Source of the DNA: an uncultured Rhodopirellula sp.
GTDB lineage: Bacteria; Planctomycetota; Planctomycetia; Pirellulales; Pirellulaceae
DNA length: 20,270 nt
Direction: 5' to 3'
Assembly (NCBI GenBank): GCA_964007735.1
Contig: CAXGAI010000001.1
Span: 191,798-212,067, forward strand
The position numbers and the translations under genes are program-made. Below the pieces are notes generated by a model. That model made no database searches and had not been told where the DNA came from. It saw only the letters and a list, made by a program, of their open reading frames with translations. Positions 1 to 8,943 of the stretch are shown one piece after another; within the stretch, counting starts at the first letter, position 1; the number at the start of each line of letters is the position of its first letter.

Positions 1-1
1 T

Positions 2-1717
2 GTGATTGTCTTCAAGAATCCAACAAAAGCTACAGAGAACTACATTAAGCGATTAGTTGGGTTGCCGAATGAAAAGGTGCTGATTTCCAACGGCGATATC
101 TATACCAAGCCACTTACTAATACCAATGCGGTTTATGAAATCCAGCGAAAATCTGAACGTAAACAACTCGCTATGATGCAATTGGTGCACGATACTCAGT
201 ATCGTCCCGTGATTCTTGATGAATTGATGTGGCCTCAGCCCTGGAGAATGGTTGGCTCCTATGCCAATGGATACCGCCCACCGCCGGAAGAGGGGACTCC
301 GGGAAACTGGCAGCCTTCTATTCAAGGCTTCAGATATTCAATTGACGGGACGAATAAGGAGAAGGTTGGTATTCGTTACCACCACAATATTCCAGACCAG
401 TCTATTTGGCTCATTTACAATCAGTTGCGAATTGATTTGGAAGCAGCCGAAGCCGCAGGTCGACAGGAAGAAGTTGACTGGAAGCGTGAACAGATGAAAA
501 TTATATTCTGGCCTTATCCAAAATTGATAACAGATGTTTATGCTTACAATACGACCATTACGAGAAGTATGGTGGAGAGTATAGATGGCGATAAGGTTTT
601 CTTACCCCCGTTCATGGAAAACCAAGTTAGCGAGGGAGCGGAGTCGGACTTATCGGGACTGGGTTTCTCGCTGGATGACAGGCAGGAATACATTTCTAAG
701 TTTCGTGAGTTGATGCAAGGTGATCAAATCGTTGCGAGATCTGTTATAGATGAGTTAACACGATTATTTCGGGTTGGTTGGCCGGGCAGCTCGACGCGCG
801 GACAATACTGGGTTGCTGACCTGGCTGTCGAATTTGACGTTACCATTGAAAGCGACAGTGGAAAGCTTGGGTTTGATATCGTTGAATCTGGAGTTCATTA
901 CGAAGGTGAAATTGATGTTGCGACAGGTAAGTTAGTCTTGTCGATTGACGGCGGTGGTTATTTTAGCTCCGCAAAAACGGCTGAAACACCTCGCTATGAA
1001 GGCGCGACAGTGGAGGGCCAGACAGAGATCAGAGGTAAAGGCTCGCACGTTATTCGATATAGTAATTTTGATAATGAATTGCGAGTGTGGGTCGATGGTC
1101 ATTTGATAGAGCTAAACCACCCGGCAACGTATCTTACAGAGCAGAATCTGGGACCTAAGTGGTCTGAAGAAGATCCCGGGGATCTTCTGCCTGTTGGTCT
1201 GCACTCGACCGAGCTTGCTGTGACTCTTACGAATGCACGGGTGTTTCGTGATGTTTACTATATTGCATCTGATAATAGTAGTATTGTAGGCGGGGAATAC
1301 AAAGAAAGCCTGATTTCAAATTCTGATGAAACGCGGGCATTTATTCAAAGGTATCGAGAGCATGTTGGAGTTGTTGACAGACTTTGGTTGGAACCCGGGA
1401 TCCGAGTTCCAAACCAGAACGTTGTTCAGCTTCATTTGAATCTGTTTCCCGCTTGGAATGACTCATCATTTTTCACAGATCGGGAACAACTCACCTTTAA
1501 TGTAATGGAGGATGAATTCTTCCCGATGGGGGATAATAGCCCTGCTAGCGCTGATGCCAGATGGTTCAAATGGAAAAACGAGCTTGGTAAAAATACATTT
1601 AATCGAAAGTTATTTATTGGTGAGGCATTGCTGATCTATTGGCCTCGTGGACAAGGTGACCCCGTCCTGGACTGGCCGCTCATACCGAACTTTCCAAGAA
1701 TCGGTGTAATACAGTAA
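2..1717 (+). CDS. lepB: Signal peptidase I (S26 family), planctomycete-type with very large insertion; 5'-partial
   Basis: Starts in box C/D (VIVFKNP...NYIKRLVGLP, catalytic Lys) and ends with box E (FFPMGDNSPASADAR) and FIGEALLIYWP. The catalytic Ser (box B) and TM anchor lie upstream of the window, so the GTG at 2 is not the real start. Confidence 0.92.
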   Translation: MIVFKNPTKATENYIKRLVGLPNEKVLISNGDIYTKPLTNTNAVYEIQRKSERKQLAMMQLVHDTQYRPVILDELMWPQPWRMVGSYANGYRPPPEEGTPGNWQPSIQGFRYSIDGTNKEKVGIRYHHNIPDQSIWLIYNQLRIDLEAAEAAGRQEEVDWKREQMKIIFWPYPKLITDVYAYNTTITRSMVESIDGDKVFLPPFMENQVSEGAESDLSGLGFSLDDRQEYISKFRELMQGDQIVARSVIDELTRLFRVGWPGSSTRGQYWVADLAVEFDVTIESDSGKLGFDIVESGVHYEGEIDVATGKLVLSIDGGGYFSSAKTAETPRYEGATVEGQTEIRGKGSHVIRYSNFDNELRVWVDGHLIELNHPATYLTEQNLGPKWSEEDPGDLLPVGLHSTELAVTLTNARVFRDVYYIASDNSSIVGGEYKESLISNSDETRAFIQRYREHVGVVDRLWLEPGIRVPNQNVVQLHLNLFPAWNDSSFFTDREQLTFNVMEDEFFPMGDNSPASADARWFKWKNELGKNTFNRKLFIGEALLIYWPRGQGDPVLDWPLIPNFPRIGVIQ

Positions 1718-1773
1718 GATAAACGCCGTAGTGAATCAGCCCAATTAAAGCGAGTATTGCGAGTAGCGACAGG

Positions 1774-2523
1774 ATGTCGATTCTTGAAGTCAATGGTTTG
1801 GTTAAATCCTTCGGCCGTAAACTGGTCGTAAATAAAGTTAGCTTCTCAGTGGAAGCTGGTGAAATTGTAGGGTTGTTGGGCCCTAACGGTGCTGGAAAGA
1901 CTACGACTTTTAAGATGACTTGCGGTATGGAACGTCCTGATGAAGGAACGGTGGCCCTCCACGATCAGGATGTTACCAATTGGCCCATGTTTCGCCGTGC
2001 TCGAGAAGGACAGATGGGGTATCTACCTCAAGATTCAAGTGTTTTTGCCAAGCTTTCTGTGGAGCAAAATCTGAATCTGATGATCGAACTTCAGGGCATC
2101 ACAGGGAAAGCCAAACGGCAGCGTTGTAATGAGCTATTAGAACGCTTCAAGATTACGCACATCCGCAAAACAAAAGCAGGACGTGTTTCTGGCGGAGAAC
2201 GCCGGCGTTTAGAAATTGCTCGCTGTCTGATTCTCGAGCCTGAGATAATCATGCTCGATGAACCATTTGCCGGTATCGACCCAGTGACAATCGATGGGAT
2301 TCAAAAAACAATTTCCGAACTTCGAGAGTCTGAAGGGATCTCGTTCTTTATTACAGATCACGCCGCGATCGAAATTCTTGAGATCGTAGATCGCGTGTAT
2401 GTCATTGATCGGGGTGAGTTTCTATTTAGCGGTACTGCCGAGGATGCAATCAATGATCCTGCAGTCAAAGAAAAATATCTGGGCAATACTGAGCAGAAGC
2501 TTTATACGGCGCAGTCAGCCTAA
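1774..2523 (+). CDS. lptB: LPS export ABC transporter ATP-binding protein
   Basis: Walker A GPNGAGKTT, Q-loop YLPQDSSVF, LptB-type signature SGGERRRLEIAR, Walker B/D-loop LDEPFAGIDP, H-loop ITDH, C-terminal KYLG; 249 aa. Confidence 0.9.
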   Translation: MSILEVNGLVKSFGRKLVVNKVSFSVEAGEIVGLLGPNGAGKTTTFKMTCGMERPDEGTVALHDQDVTNWPMFRRAREGQMGYLPQDSSVFAKLSVEQNLNLMIELQGITGKAKRQRCNELLERFKITHIRKTKAGRVSGGERRRLEIARCLILEPEIIMLDEPFAGIDPVTIDGIQKTISELRESEGISFFITDHAAIEILEIVDRVYVIDRGEFLFSGTAEDAINDPAVKEKYLGNTEQKLYTAQSA

Positions 2524-3752
2524 AATGTGAACGGCACGCTACCAAGTCGGGAAATCGTTTCCTCCATCAACTCCTGCTCACGCTGTTCGTCCTCGGCTAC
2601 ATAAGTGACAGAGAAGCGTAGGAATGCTCCGGCATTGTCCCATGGTACAGTCACAATACCGTGCTCTGTGATCAAATACTGACTGGCTTCCTCAGCATTG
2701 GCAAAACTTGGTCCGCCCTCAACGCCGGTAGGAGCGGGAGTGTACAGAAAGTATGAACCGCCAGGCATATCGCATTGGAACCCGCACTGTTGCAGGGTTT
2801 TAACGAGCGATGTCATACGACGACGATACTTCTCACGAATCCGATGGGGAATGGATTCATTGTCCAGTGCCGCCGCCGCAGCTTTCTGAATAGCAATGAA
2901 CTGGCCACTATCGCAGTTGTCTTTCACATCTGAAAAAGCTTGAACCAAAAGCGGATTACCACAAACCCAGCCAATACGCCAACCGATCATGTCGAAACCT
3001 TTAGAAAGTGAATGGACCTCAACTCCAATATCACGCGCACCAGGTGTTTCCAGAAAACTCGTTGGACGGCCATCAAAAGTAAGTAGGATGTGGGCGGCGT
3101 CCTGTACGACGACGACGTTGTTATCCTTAGCAAACTGAACGACCTTTTCAAAGAATTCGGCAGTCGCTAACTTACCGGTTGGGCTATTGGGGTAGTTGAT
3201 AACTAACAGCTTGGCTCGATCTAATATGTCTTGAGGAATCGAATCCAGATCTGGCAAAAAGTTGTTTTCTGACAAAAGAGGTAGCTCATGAACTTCACCT
3301 CCGTAGTATTTTGTGTGGGTGCCTGCGACCGGATAACCAGGCACGGTCATCAGCGTGATATCACCGGGATTGATAAAACAGGCAGGAATCATTGACAATG
3401 CAGTTTTAGAACCAATGCAGTGATTTACTTCAGTCGTCGCTTCTAATTCGACATTAAAATTCCGTTGCATAAAACGAGCGACGGCTTCCTTGAATTCAGC
3501 GATACCATTATCAGCGTATCCTCGATTTTCTTGTTTATGGATTTCCTGAGCCATTACTTCACGGACAGCTTCGTCCGCTGGAGAGTCATTTTCACCGATG
3601 CCAAAGTCTAACAAAAGTCGATCAGGGAAGTCGGTTAAAGCTTTACGCTTAGCACGTTTGATTTTCTCAAACTTATATATGTCGGTACCTTTACCGTAGT
3701 TCTCACCACCGATTCGGTTTGCAAATAATTGTTGGAAGTAGGGATCGCTCAT
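2520..3752 (-). CDS. dapL: LL-diaminopimelate aminotransferase (PLP-dependent class I/II)
   Basis: N-terminus FANRIGG..YGK...YKFEKIKRAK, DFGIGE, GSKTAL, PGYPV, INYPNSPTG, QDAAH, PLP-lysine motif HSLSKGFDMIGWRIG, KDNCDSGQF. Confidence 0.88.
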   Translation of the reverse strand: MSDPYFQQLFANRIGGENYGKGTDIYKFEKIKRAKRKALTDFPDRLLLDFGIGENDSPADEAVREVMAQEIHKQENRGYADNGIAEFKEAVARFMQRNFNVELEATTEVNHCIGSKTALSMIPACFINPGDITLMTVPGYPVAGTHTKYYGGEVHELPLLSENNFLPDLDSIPQDILDRAKLLVINYPNSPTGKLATAEFFEKVVQFAKDNNVVVVQDAAHILLTFDGRPTSFLETPGARDIGVEVHSLSKGFDMIGWRIGWVCGNPLLVQAFSDVKDNCDSGQFIAIQKAAAAALDNESIPHRIREKYRRRMTSLVKTLQQCGFQCDMPGGSYFLYTPAPTGVEGGPSFANAEEASQYLITEHGIVTVPWDNAGAFLRFSVTYVAEDEQREQELMEETISRLGSVPFTF

Positions 3753-3892
3753 CCTTAGGTTGTTTCACTTTACATTTCGATTGGAAAATGGTCACTTGAT
3801 ACTTCCAAAGTAATTCAAAACAGGTGGTTACGAAACCGGCTGTCTTGCATAGATTGGGAAAACATGCCAAGAATCGGGATACAGAAAGAGCT

Positions 3893-5314
3893 TCAGAGTA
3901 AGTGTCGAGCTTTAATTTCTAAATATTGATTAATCAGGGGAGCCGTGAGGTCTTCCGGCATCACATCCAGCGAGAACACGCCCTGATGACTAAGACTATT
4001 TAGTACGTCATGCCGCCAGTTAAGAATTTGAGCAGCGGCTGCCGCATTGAAGAGACTCTCCGTTTGTTCAGCTTCTTCGTAGATTTCATAATCACGCATC
4101 ATAACGCTGACCGGAAGATGTCGTTTTGATACCGTTTGCATGTATTGCACAACCTGTTGTGAGTTCACTTCGTCGACCACATTGGTGATTAGTACAACCA
4201 TTGCTCGTTTATTACAACGATTCGCTAAATAGAGAAAAGCTTCGTCATATCTGGATTCCACCATGCGAGGAAATTGATTGAAACAGGCATGCAGTAATTG
4301 GTTCATGTGTCCGGTACCACTTCGCGGGGGCACAAAGCAGTGGACTTTATCTGAGAAGCATATGAGACCTACCGAGTCACCCTGAGATAAAGCGACATGG
4401 CTGAGCATTAGTGTTGAATTGAGTGCATGATCTACGAATGACATTCCGTCAGATTCGTTGGTCATCATACGTCCGCAATCTACCAGAAAGATAATACGCT
4501 GACTCTGGCTTGTCTGGTAGTCTTTGACAATCAGCTTATTGTGACGGGCACTGCTACGCCAGTTTATATTCTTGTAGTGGTCATCCCTCGTATATTCGCG
4601 CAGGCGTTCGAACTCGTTGTCTTGTCCCACTTTACGAGTGCGGCGAACGCCTAATAATGCCAACCGGTTGGTGCGAGCCAGCAACGCATAATGCGATAGT
4701 TGTTTGAGATCAGGGTAAACATGCAATTCAGATTTGAACGGTAAGATTAAGTGACGTTTCCAGAACCCAAATAATGATCGGACTCGAACATAAAGGCAGT
4801 GCATAGGGAAATTCCCTCGCTGGTGAGGTATTACCTGATATTCGAATTCGAGAGTTTCGTCAGGAGTAATCTTTGAGGAAAACGTGACGAGGTCCACTTC
4901 AAATTCCTCGGGGATGTCATCCACCATGGTGACTTTGAATGTTCTCCGCCCATTGTTTGTAAGTTGAAATTTGATCGTGGTAGATTTAGCGAGTGAGGCG
5001 ACCTTTTGATGTATTCGCTCCGCCGTCAATGATGCGGCGGAGGGTGTGGTGAATAAATCGAATCCGGCAACGGCGAAGATTACTAAGTCCAGAATAATAG
5101 CCGGCAAGAGCATATCCGGCTTAAAAATGATGCTGATGCTGATTAGGGCTGGTAGGAATAGAGCAACGACATAAATCAGATTAGGATAGACCTTACTGCG
5201 AGCCACTAAAATAAGTGGAAGCGTGAAAATCAGAAGTGTCAGCCATGGGAACATCTGAATCAGCTCCAGATTTTCCTGTGTCTGTTGTTGGATTTGCTCC
5301 AAATTTTCATCCAC
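3893..5314 (-). CDS. DUF58 domain protein (MoxR partner; N-terminal TM helices, Ig-like segment, degenerate VWA-like domain)
   Basis: EFERLREYTRDDHYKNINWRSSARHNKLIVKDYQ DUF58 motif, followed by IIFLVDCGRMM and GDSVGL; directly downstream of MoxR. GTG start at 5314 is uncertain (alternative ATG at 5254). Confidence 0.88.
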   Translation of the reverse strand: MDENLEQIQQQTQENLELIQMFPWLTLLIFTLPLILVARSKVYPNLIYVVALFLPALISISIIFKPDMLLPAIILDLVIFAVAGFDLFTTPSAASLTAERIHQKVASLAKSTTIKFQLTNNGRRTFKVTMVDDIPEEFEVDLVTFSSKITPDETLEFEYQVIPHQRGNFPMHCLYVRVRSLFGFWKRHLILPFKSELHVYPDLKQLSHYALLARTNRLALLGVRRTRKVGQDNEFERLREYTRDDHYKNINWRSSARHNKLIVKDYQTSQSQRIIFLVDCGRMMTNESDGMSFVDHALNSTLMLSHVALSQGDSVGLICFSDKVHCFVPPRSGTGHMNQLLHACFNQFPRMVESRYDEAFLYLANRCNKRAMVVLITNVVDEVNSQQVVQYMQTVSKRHLPVSVMMRDYEIYEEAEQTESLFNAAAAAQILNWRHDVLNSLSHQGVFSLDVMPEDLTAPLINQYLEIKARHLL

Positions 5315-5366
5315 GATAAAAGCTCGTTCTCTAGCGTTGCCGTTTAATTAATTAGGTCTCGTGTGA

Positions 5367-6581
5367 TTATAGACGAGGGACGTTGACGGTCCGGATTAGG
5401 TCTGTGAGGATCTGATCTACTTCCTGTCCTTCAACTTCAGATTCAGCTGTTAACATGACTCGATGCCGCAGGATAGGTAATGCAATTTGAACGACATCAT
5501 CAGGAATCGCGTAATCTCGTCCCTGGAAGGCAGCCAGCGTACGAGCTCCCTGCATAAGTGCGAGGCCAGCACGAGGCGAAGCGCCCATATAGAGCTGAGG
5601 CCATTGGCGGGTCAGCCGGACAATTTTGTTGATGTAATCCGCCAACGCATCGTCGATCCGAACAGCGGCATTGGCTTTGATTGCCTCGTTAATTTCGGCA
5701 GGTGAAGAAACCGTTTGTAATTCCGTTGTTAGTATTTCCCCCAGATCTTTTTGCTGGCTATGCTGCTTCAGGATATCTGCTTCCTGTTGTTCGGTTGGAT
5801 AGTTCACGATTAGTTTCATCATAAAACGGTCCAATTGAGCTTCCGGAAGGTTATATGTCCCTTCCTGTTCGACAGGGTTTTGTGTCGCGATGACCAAGAA
5901 TGGCGGATCGAGTTTATAACTTTCACCGTCTACCGTGACTCGGTGTTCCTGCATAATTTCGAGAAGTGCAGCATGAGTTTTAGCTGGCGAGCGGTTAATC
6001 TCATCCGCTAAAAGCAATTGAGTGAAGACAGGGCCGGGATGAAATGTGAATTCCTGAGTTTTCACATTGAAGATCGGGGCACCTGTGATATCAGAAGGCA
6101 TGAGGTCGGCAGTGAACTGGATTCGACCAAATTCACAACCAAGTACATGTCCCAGAGTTCGTACAAACAGCGTTTTTCCTAGCCCGGGGACACTTTCAAT
6201 TAGTACGTGTCCGTTCGAAAATAGTGAGACCAGAGTTCCCAGCACGAGTTCTTCCTGTCCAACAAAGATTTTGGCCACTTCGGTGGTAATTTTGGTGAAG
6301 AGTTGCCGTGTTGGTGTGTCAGCGCCAGTATCCGCTGATTGGGCCAATGACATTTTCCCAATACTTCCGGCTACTGGATTATTAGCGACTGGCTGAGGCG
6401 CAATTGGCTGAGGCGCGACTGGCTGAGGCGCAATTGGCTGGGGAGTGACTGGCTGAAGGGCCTGCCCCGGCACGTTGATAATATTCTGGCACTGTGGACA
6501 CTGTACTTGGGTTCCCGTAAATGATGGGGGCAGTGTAAGTGGCTGTGAACATAGTGGGCAGTTAAAGGTACCAATAGACAT
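5367..6581 (-). CDS. moxR: MoxR-family AAA+ ATPase with N-terminal CxxC...CxxC zinc ribbon and Pro-rich linker
   Basis: GHVLIESVPGLGKT, RIQFTADLMPSDITG, LLLADEINRSPAKT, ATQNPVEQEGTYNLPEAQLDRF, GASPRA, LRHRV. Confidence 0.93.
   Translation of the reverse strand: MSIGTFNCPLCSQPLTLPPSFTGTQVQCPQCQNIINVPGQALQPVTPQPIAPQPVAPQPIAPQPVANNPVAGSIGKMSLAQSADTGADTPTRQLFTKITTEVAKIFVGQEELVLGTLVSLFSNGHVLIESVPGLGKTLFVRTLGHVLGCEFGRIQFTADLMPSDITGAPIFNVKTQEFTFHPGPVFTQLLLADEINRSPAKTHAALLEIMQEHRVTVDGESYKLDPPFLVIATQNPVEQEGTYNLPEAQLDRFMMKLIVNYPTEQQEADILKQHSQQKDLGEILTTELQTVSSPAEINEAIKANAAVRIDDALADYINKIVRLTRQWPQLYMGASPRAGLALMQGARTLAAFQGRDYAIPDDVVQIALPILRHRVMLTAESEVEGQEVDQILTDLIRTVNVPRL
6385..6456. repeat. Intragenic tandem repeat, about 5 x 15 bp (30-bp higher-order unit) encoding PQPVA/PQPIA
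   Basis: TGGCTG recurs at 6390, 6405, 6420, 6435 and 6450; 6385-6410 is identical to 6415-6440. Confidence 0.9.
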
Positions 6582-6606
6582 TTCAATTACCTTTGTTTAG
6601 GTCTTT

Positions 6607-7845
6607 TTAAGTTGGTTTCTTTTTTTGTTTTTGTGGTTGGTATGTTGTTTGTTCATTTGATCGTTGGCGATACATTTGCAAGCAGTGATTGGCAAATCCA
6701 GTATTGCCTCCACGTTTAAGTAAATCACCAAGCGCTCGAACATGTCGTCCAAAATTGGAAACACTTTGATTTTCATTCATATCATCGATGACGGAATTAA
6801 GTTGATATTTTGTTTTCGGCCGGCCGAAGATGGGAAAACGGTAGAAGCAATAAACAATGCCGATCACGATGAGGTGAATTAAAATAATTCCAAAAGGCCA
6901 GGTCTGTAAAATGGTCACGATGCTTGGTGGGCGAGCAGCCGAAGGTGCGTTTTCTAATACGGGTACATCTTCCCAGTCATCAAATTGACTTTCCAGGAAG
7001 CAGACGACTTTCTGTCTCCCAACCTTTTCAATAAGTTTAGTCGCTAACTTTCGATGTTCCCGATGGACAAGCGGCACATTGAGAAGGAATGAGCCATTGG
7101 CGATGACATAAATCTGACCATTATTGAATTTTGTACGATTTTTAATTCTGGTGATTAACGGGATATTTTCATAAAAGAGTTGTGGATCGTATTCGTACCG
7201 ATTAAAACTTGCGCTTCTCCCTTTGTCGGATTCCACGAAATAGCTTTGCAGTCGCATTTTGAGTCCGCCGGATGAAACGCCATCCATCCAGTCGGTGGTG
7301 GATTGTGCTGAACGGATAGTACGGACGGTATTGTCGGCCTGAATCTTGAACCAGACGCAGTCTTCATCATCAATAATGGCCATGCGTTTGACTTGATGAG
7401 CACCCCAAACATCTGCCAGTTTTAAGGCCAGTAGTGTCTGTTCGTCCGGGCTGGCCTCTTTAGCGACTTCAATCCAGTAATCCATGGTGGCGTCATAATC
7501 TCGCCCGATAAAGATAAATGTACGGCTGGCTTTCTCCTGAAGCCACTTTTCGATTGCGGCGACTTCAGATTCCGATGGCACATGGAAGTTGTCGGGTGCC
7601 CAAATAATTACATCAGCCTGCTGGGTTGGGCGGCCGAGTACCCGTGAATAGAACACACTGTGTCCACGGTCTTCAAACATTTGAGCGAGCACTCCTGTAC
7701 CATTAATGCTGTAACGACCGGCGGACTGATTTCCCTGACCATAAGTAGCATCAATGTCGTCCTCCTGAGCCAGTACGACTGTAGTATGCCCGCTGACAAT
7801 CACCAGACATGCGATCGCTATGAGAAGGAAATGTTTGCCGTGCAT
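6607..7845 (-). CDS. DUF4350-like exported protein (signal peptide, periplasmic domain, C-terminal TM helix)
   Basis: Signal peptide ending VLA-Q, SINGTGVLAQMFE, IYVIANGSFLLN, TM helix followed by RFPIFGRP and FGRHVRALGDLL; position directly upstream of moxR; 1-bp TAATG overlap with the upstream gene. Confidence 0.72.
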   Translation of the reverse strand: MHGKHFLLIAIACLVIVSGHTTVVLAQEDDIDATYGQGNQSAGRYSINGTGVLAQMFEDRGHSVFYSRVLGRPTQQADVIIWAPDNFHVPSESEVAAIEKWLQEKASRTFIFIGRDYDATMDYWIEVAKEASPDEQTLLALKLADVWGAHQVKRMAIIDDEDCVWFKIQADNTVRTIRSAQSTTDWMDGVSSGGLKMRLQSYFVESDKGRSASFNRYEYDPQLFYENIPLITRIKNRTKFNNGQIYVIANGSFLLNVPLVHREHRKLATKLIEKVGRQKVVCFLESQFDDWEDVPVLENAPSAARPPSIVTILQTWPFGIILIHLIVIGIVYCFYRFPIFGRPKTKYQLNSVIDDMNENQSVSNFGRHVRALGDLLKRGGNTGFANHCLQMYRQRSNEQTTYQPQKQKKKPT

Positions 7846-8933
7846 TACACTAACCCCACTTGTTGCGTCGGGGTTAGATTCTGAAAGCTATTTACTTCCC
7901 GCCAACATTCTTCAAAACGACTCTGACTTAGCTCTTTGTTTCCAAAGAATACGTCTTCAAATGCTCGCACTGTATTCGCCAGCCGAGATTTCAGATTTTC
8001 ATTTGGCAGCACTTCGCGGAGGTACTGATGATTTGTTTTTCCACGCGTTAATTTAATGAGTGCGGCTTTATCGAGTTGAATCAATTCGTAACTAAACAGG
8101 TAGATGATTGCCTGATCGTAATCCCCGGCTTGATAACATTCGCGTGCTTGGTCCAAAAGGTTTTTATAGGCAGTGTCGAGTTGAAAGGGTAATTCTTCAA
8201 CGCGTTGCTCGTCGGTAATGACTGTTGAGTCGGATGTTACACCTGGATCTATTTTTGTTTTTTCGCGGTTGAGGATTGCCCAGACGATGAGGCCAAGAAG
8301 TGCTATCACGACCACCCCGAGCACAATGTAGAAAAGCCCTTTGGCGAAACCTGCACCGTCACCAATGAAGCCTAAATCGGGTGGCTCGAAACCACCTGAA
8401 CGTCCGCCTGAACGATTGGTGGAGCCGCCTCCCCCGCGTCGCATATCAGAGTCGCCGTCGAATGGATTGCCAGAGCCGGCATCATTGGTTCGGCCGCCAG
8501 GATTCATGCGATCGTTTGGGCTCGCTTCGTTCTCAGCGTTATTTTCGGCAATGCGCCGCATGTATTCTTCCAAGCGTTTCATAAATGCCTCGGAGTCGAA
8601 GTCATCTAAAACATTTTCAAGATCACTCATGTCAGGGGATGGTAAGTTGTTAGGATCGAAATCCTGCTCAACATCTTCGAGCCATTCTTTGATTCGATCT
8701 TCGAGCCCTTCCATAGTTTCCATACGTTCTCGCATCCGTTCTATGAACTCGGTATTGAGGGGGATACGCCGCAGTTGATCTTCTTGGTCGTCGTACCATG
8801 GAAACGGAGTTTCACGCGTCAACGCTTTACGTCCGGATTCGACCGGATCAGAGCCACCTTGAGCATAGGTGACCATTGGAACCAATTCGCACAGTAGTAG
8901 TGCGAAGAACATCAATCGTAAATACTGTTTCAT
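7845..8933 (-). CDS. DUF4129-like single-pass membrane protein
   Basis: Signal peptide (TYA-Q), PFPWYD, acidic and Gly-rich linker, TM helix, then AGDYDQAIIYLF...GKTNHQYLRE...FEDVFFG, typical of the DUF4129 C-terminus. GGAG RBS upstream. Confidence 0.8.
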   Translation of the reverse strand: MKQYLRLMFFALLLCELVPMVTYAQGGSDPVESGRKALTRETPFPWYDDQEDQLRRIPLNTEFIERMRERMETMEGLEDRIKEWLEDVEQDFDPNNLPSPDMSDLENVLDDFDSEAFMKRLEEYMRRIAENNAENEASPNDRMNPGGRTNDAGSGNPFDGDSDMRRGGGGSTNRSGGRSGGFEPPDLGFIGDGAGFAKGLFYIVLGVVVIALLGLIVWAILNREKTKIDPGVTSDSTVITDEQRVEELPFQLDTAYKNLLDQARECYQAGDYDQAIIYLFSYELIQLDKAALIKLTRGKTNHQYLREVLPNENLKSRLANTVRAFEDVFFGNKELSQSRFEECWREVNSFQNLTPTQQVGLV

Positions 8934-8943
8934 ATGACGCTCC

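Noticed and set aside
3753..3892. Possible lysine riboswitch or terminator upstream of dapL
   Set aside because: Only 140 bp, shorter than an L-box, with no consensus elements; only a weak imperfect hairpin without a U tract.
6385..6456. Repeat array as a CRISPR or mobile repeat
   Set aside because: No unique spacers; the 15-bp period is in frame and explained by a Pro-rich protein linker.
8341..8778. 145-aa + strand ORF and the other short ORFs in the six-frame track (e.g. 16476-16844, 6067-6396, 10636-10953)
   Set aside because: They lie antisense to or out of frame within well-supported genes and have no recognisable motifs; shadow ORFs.
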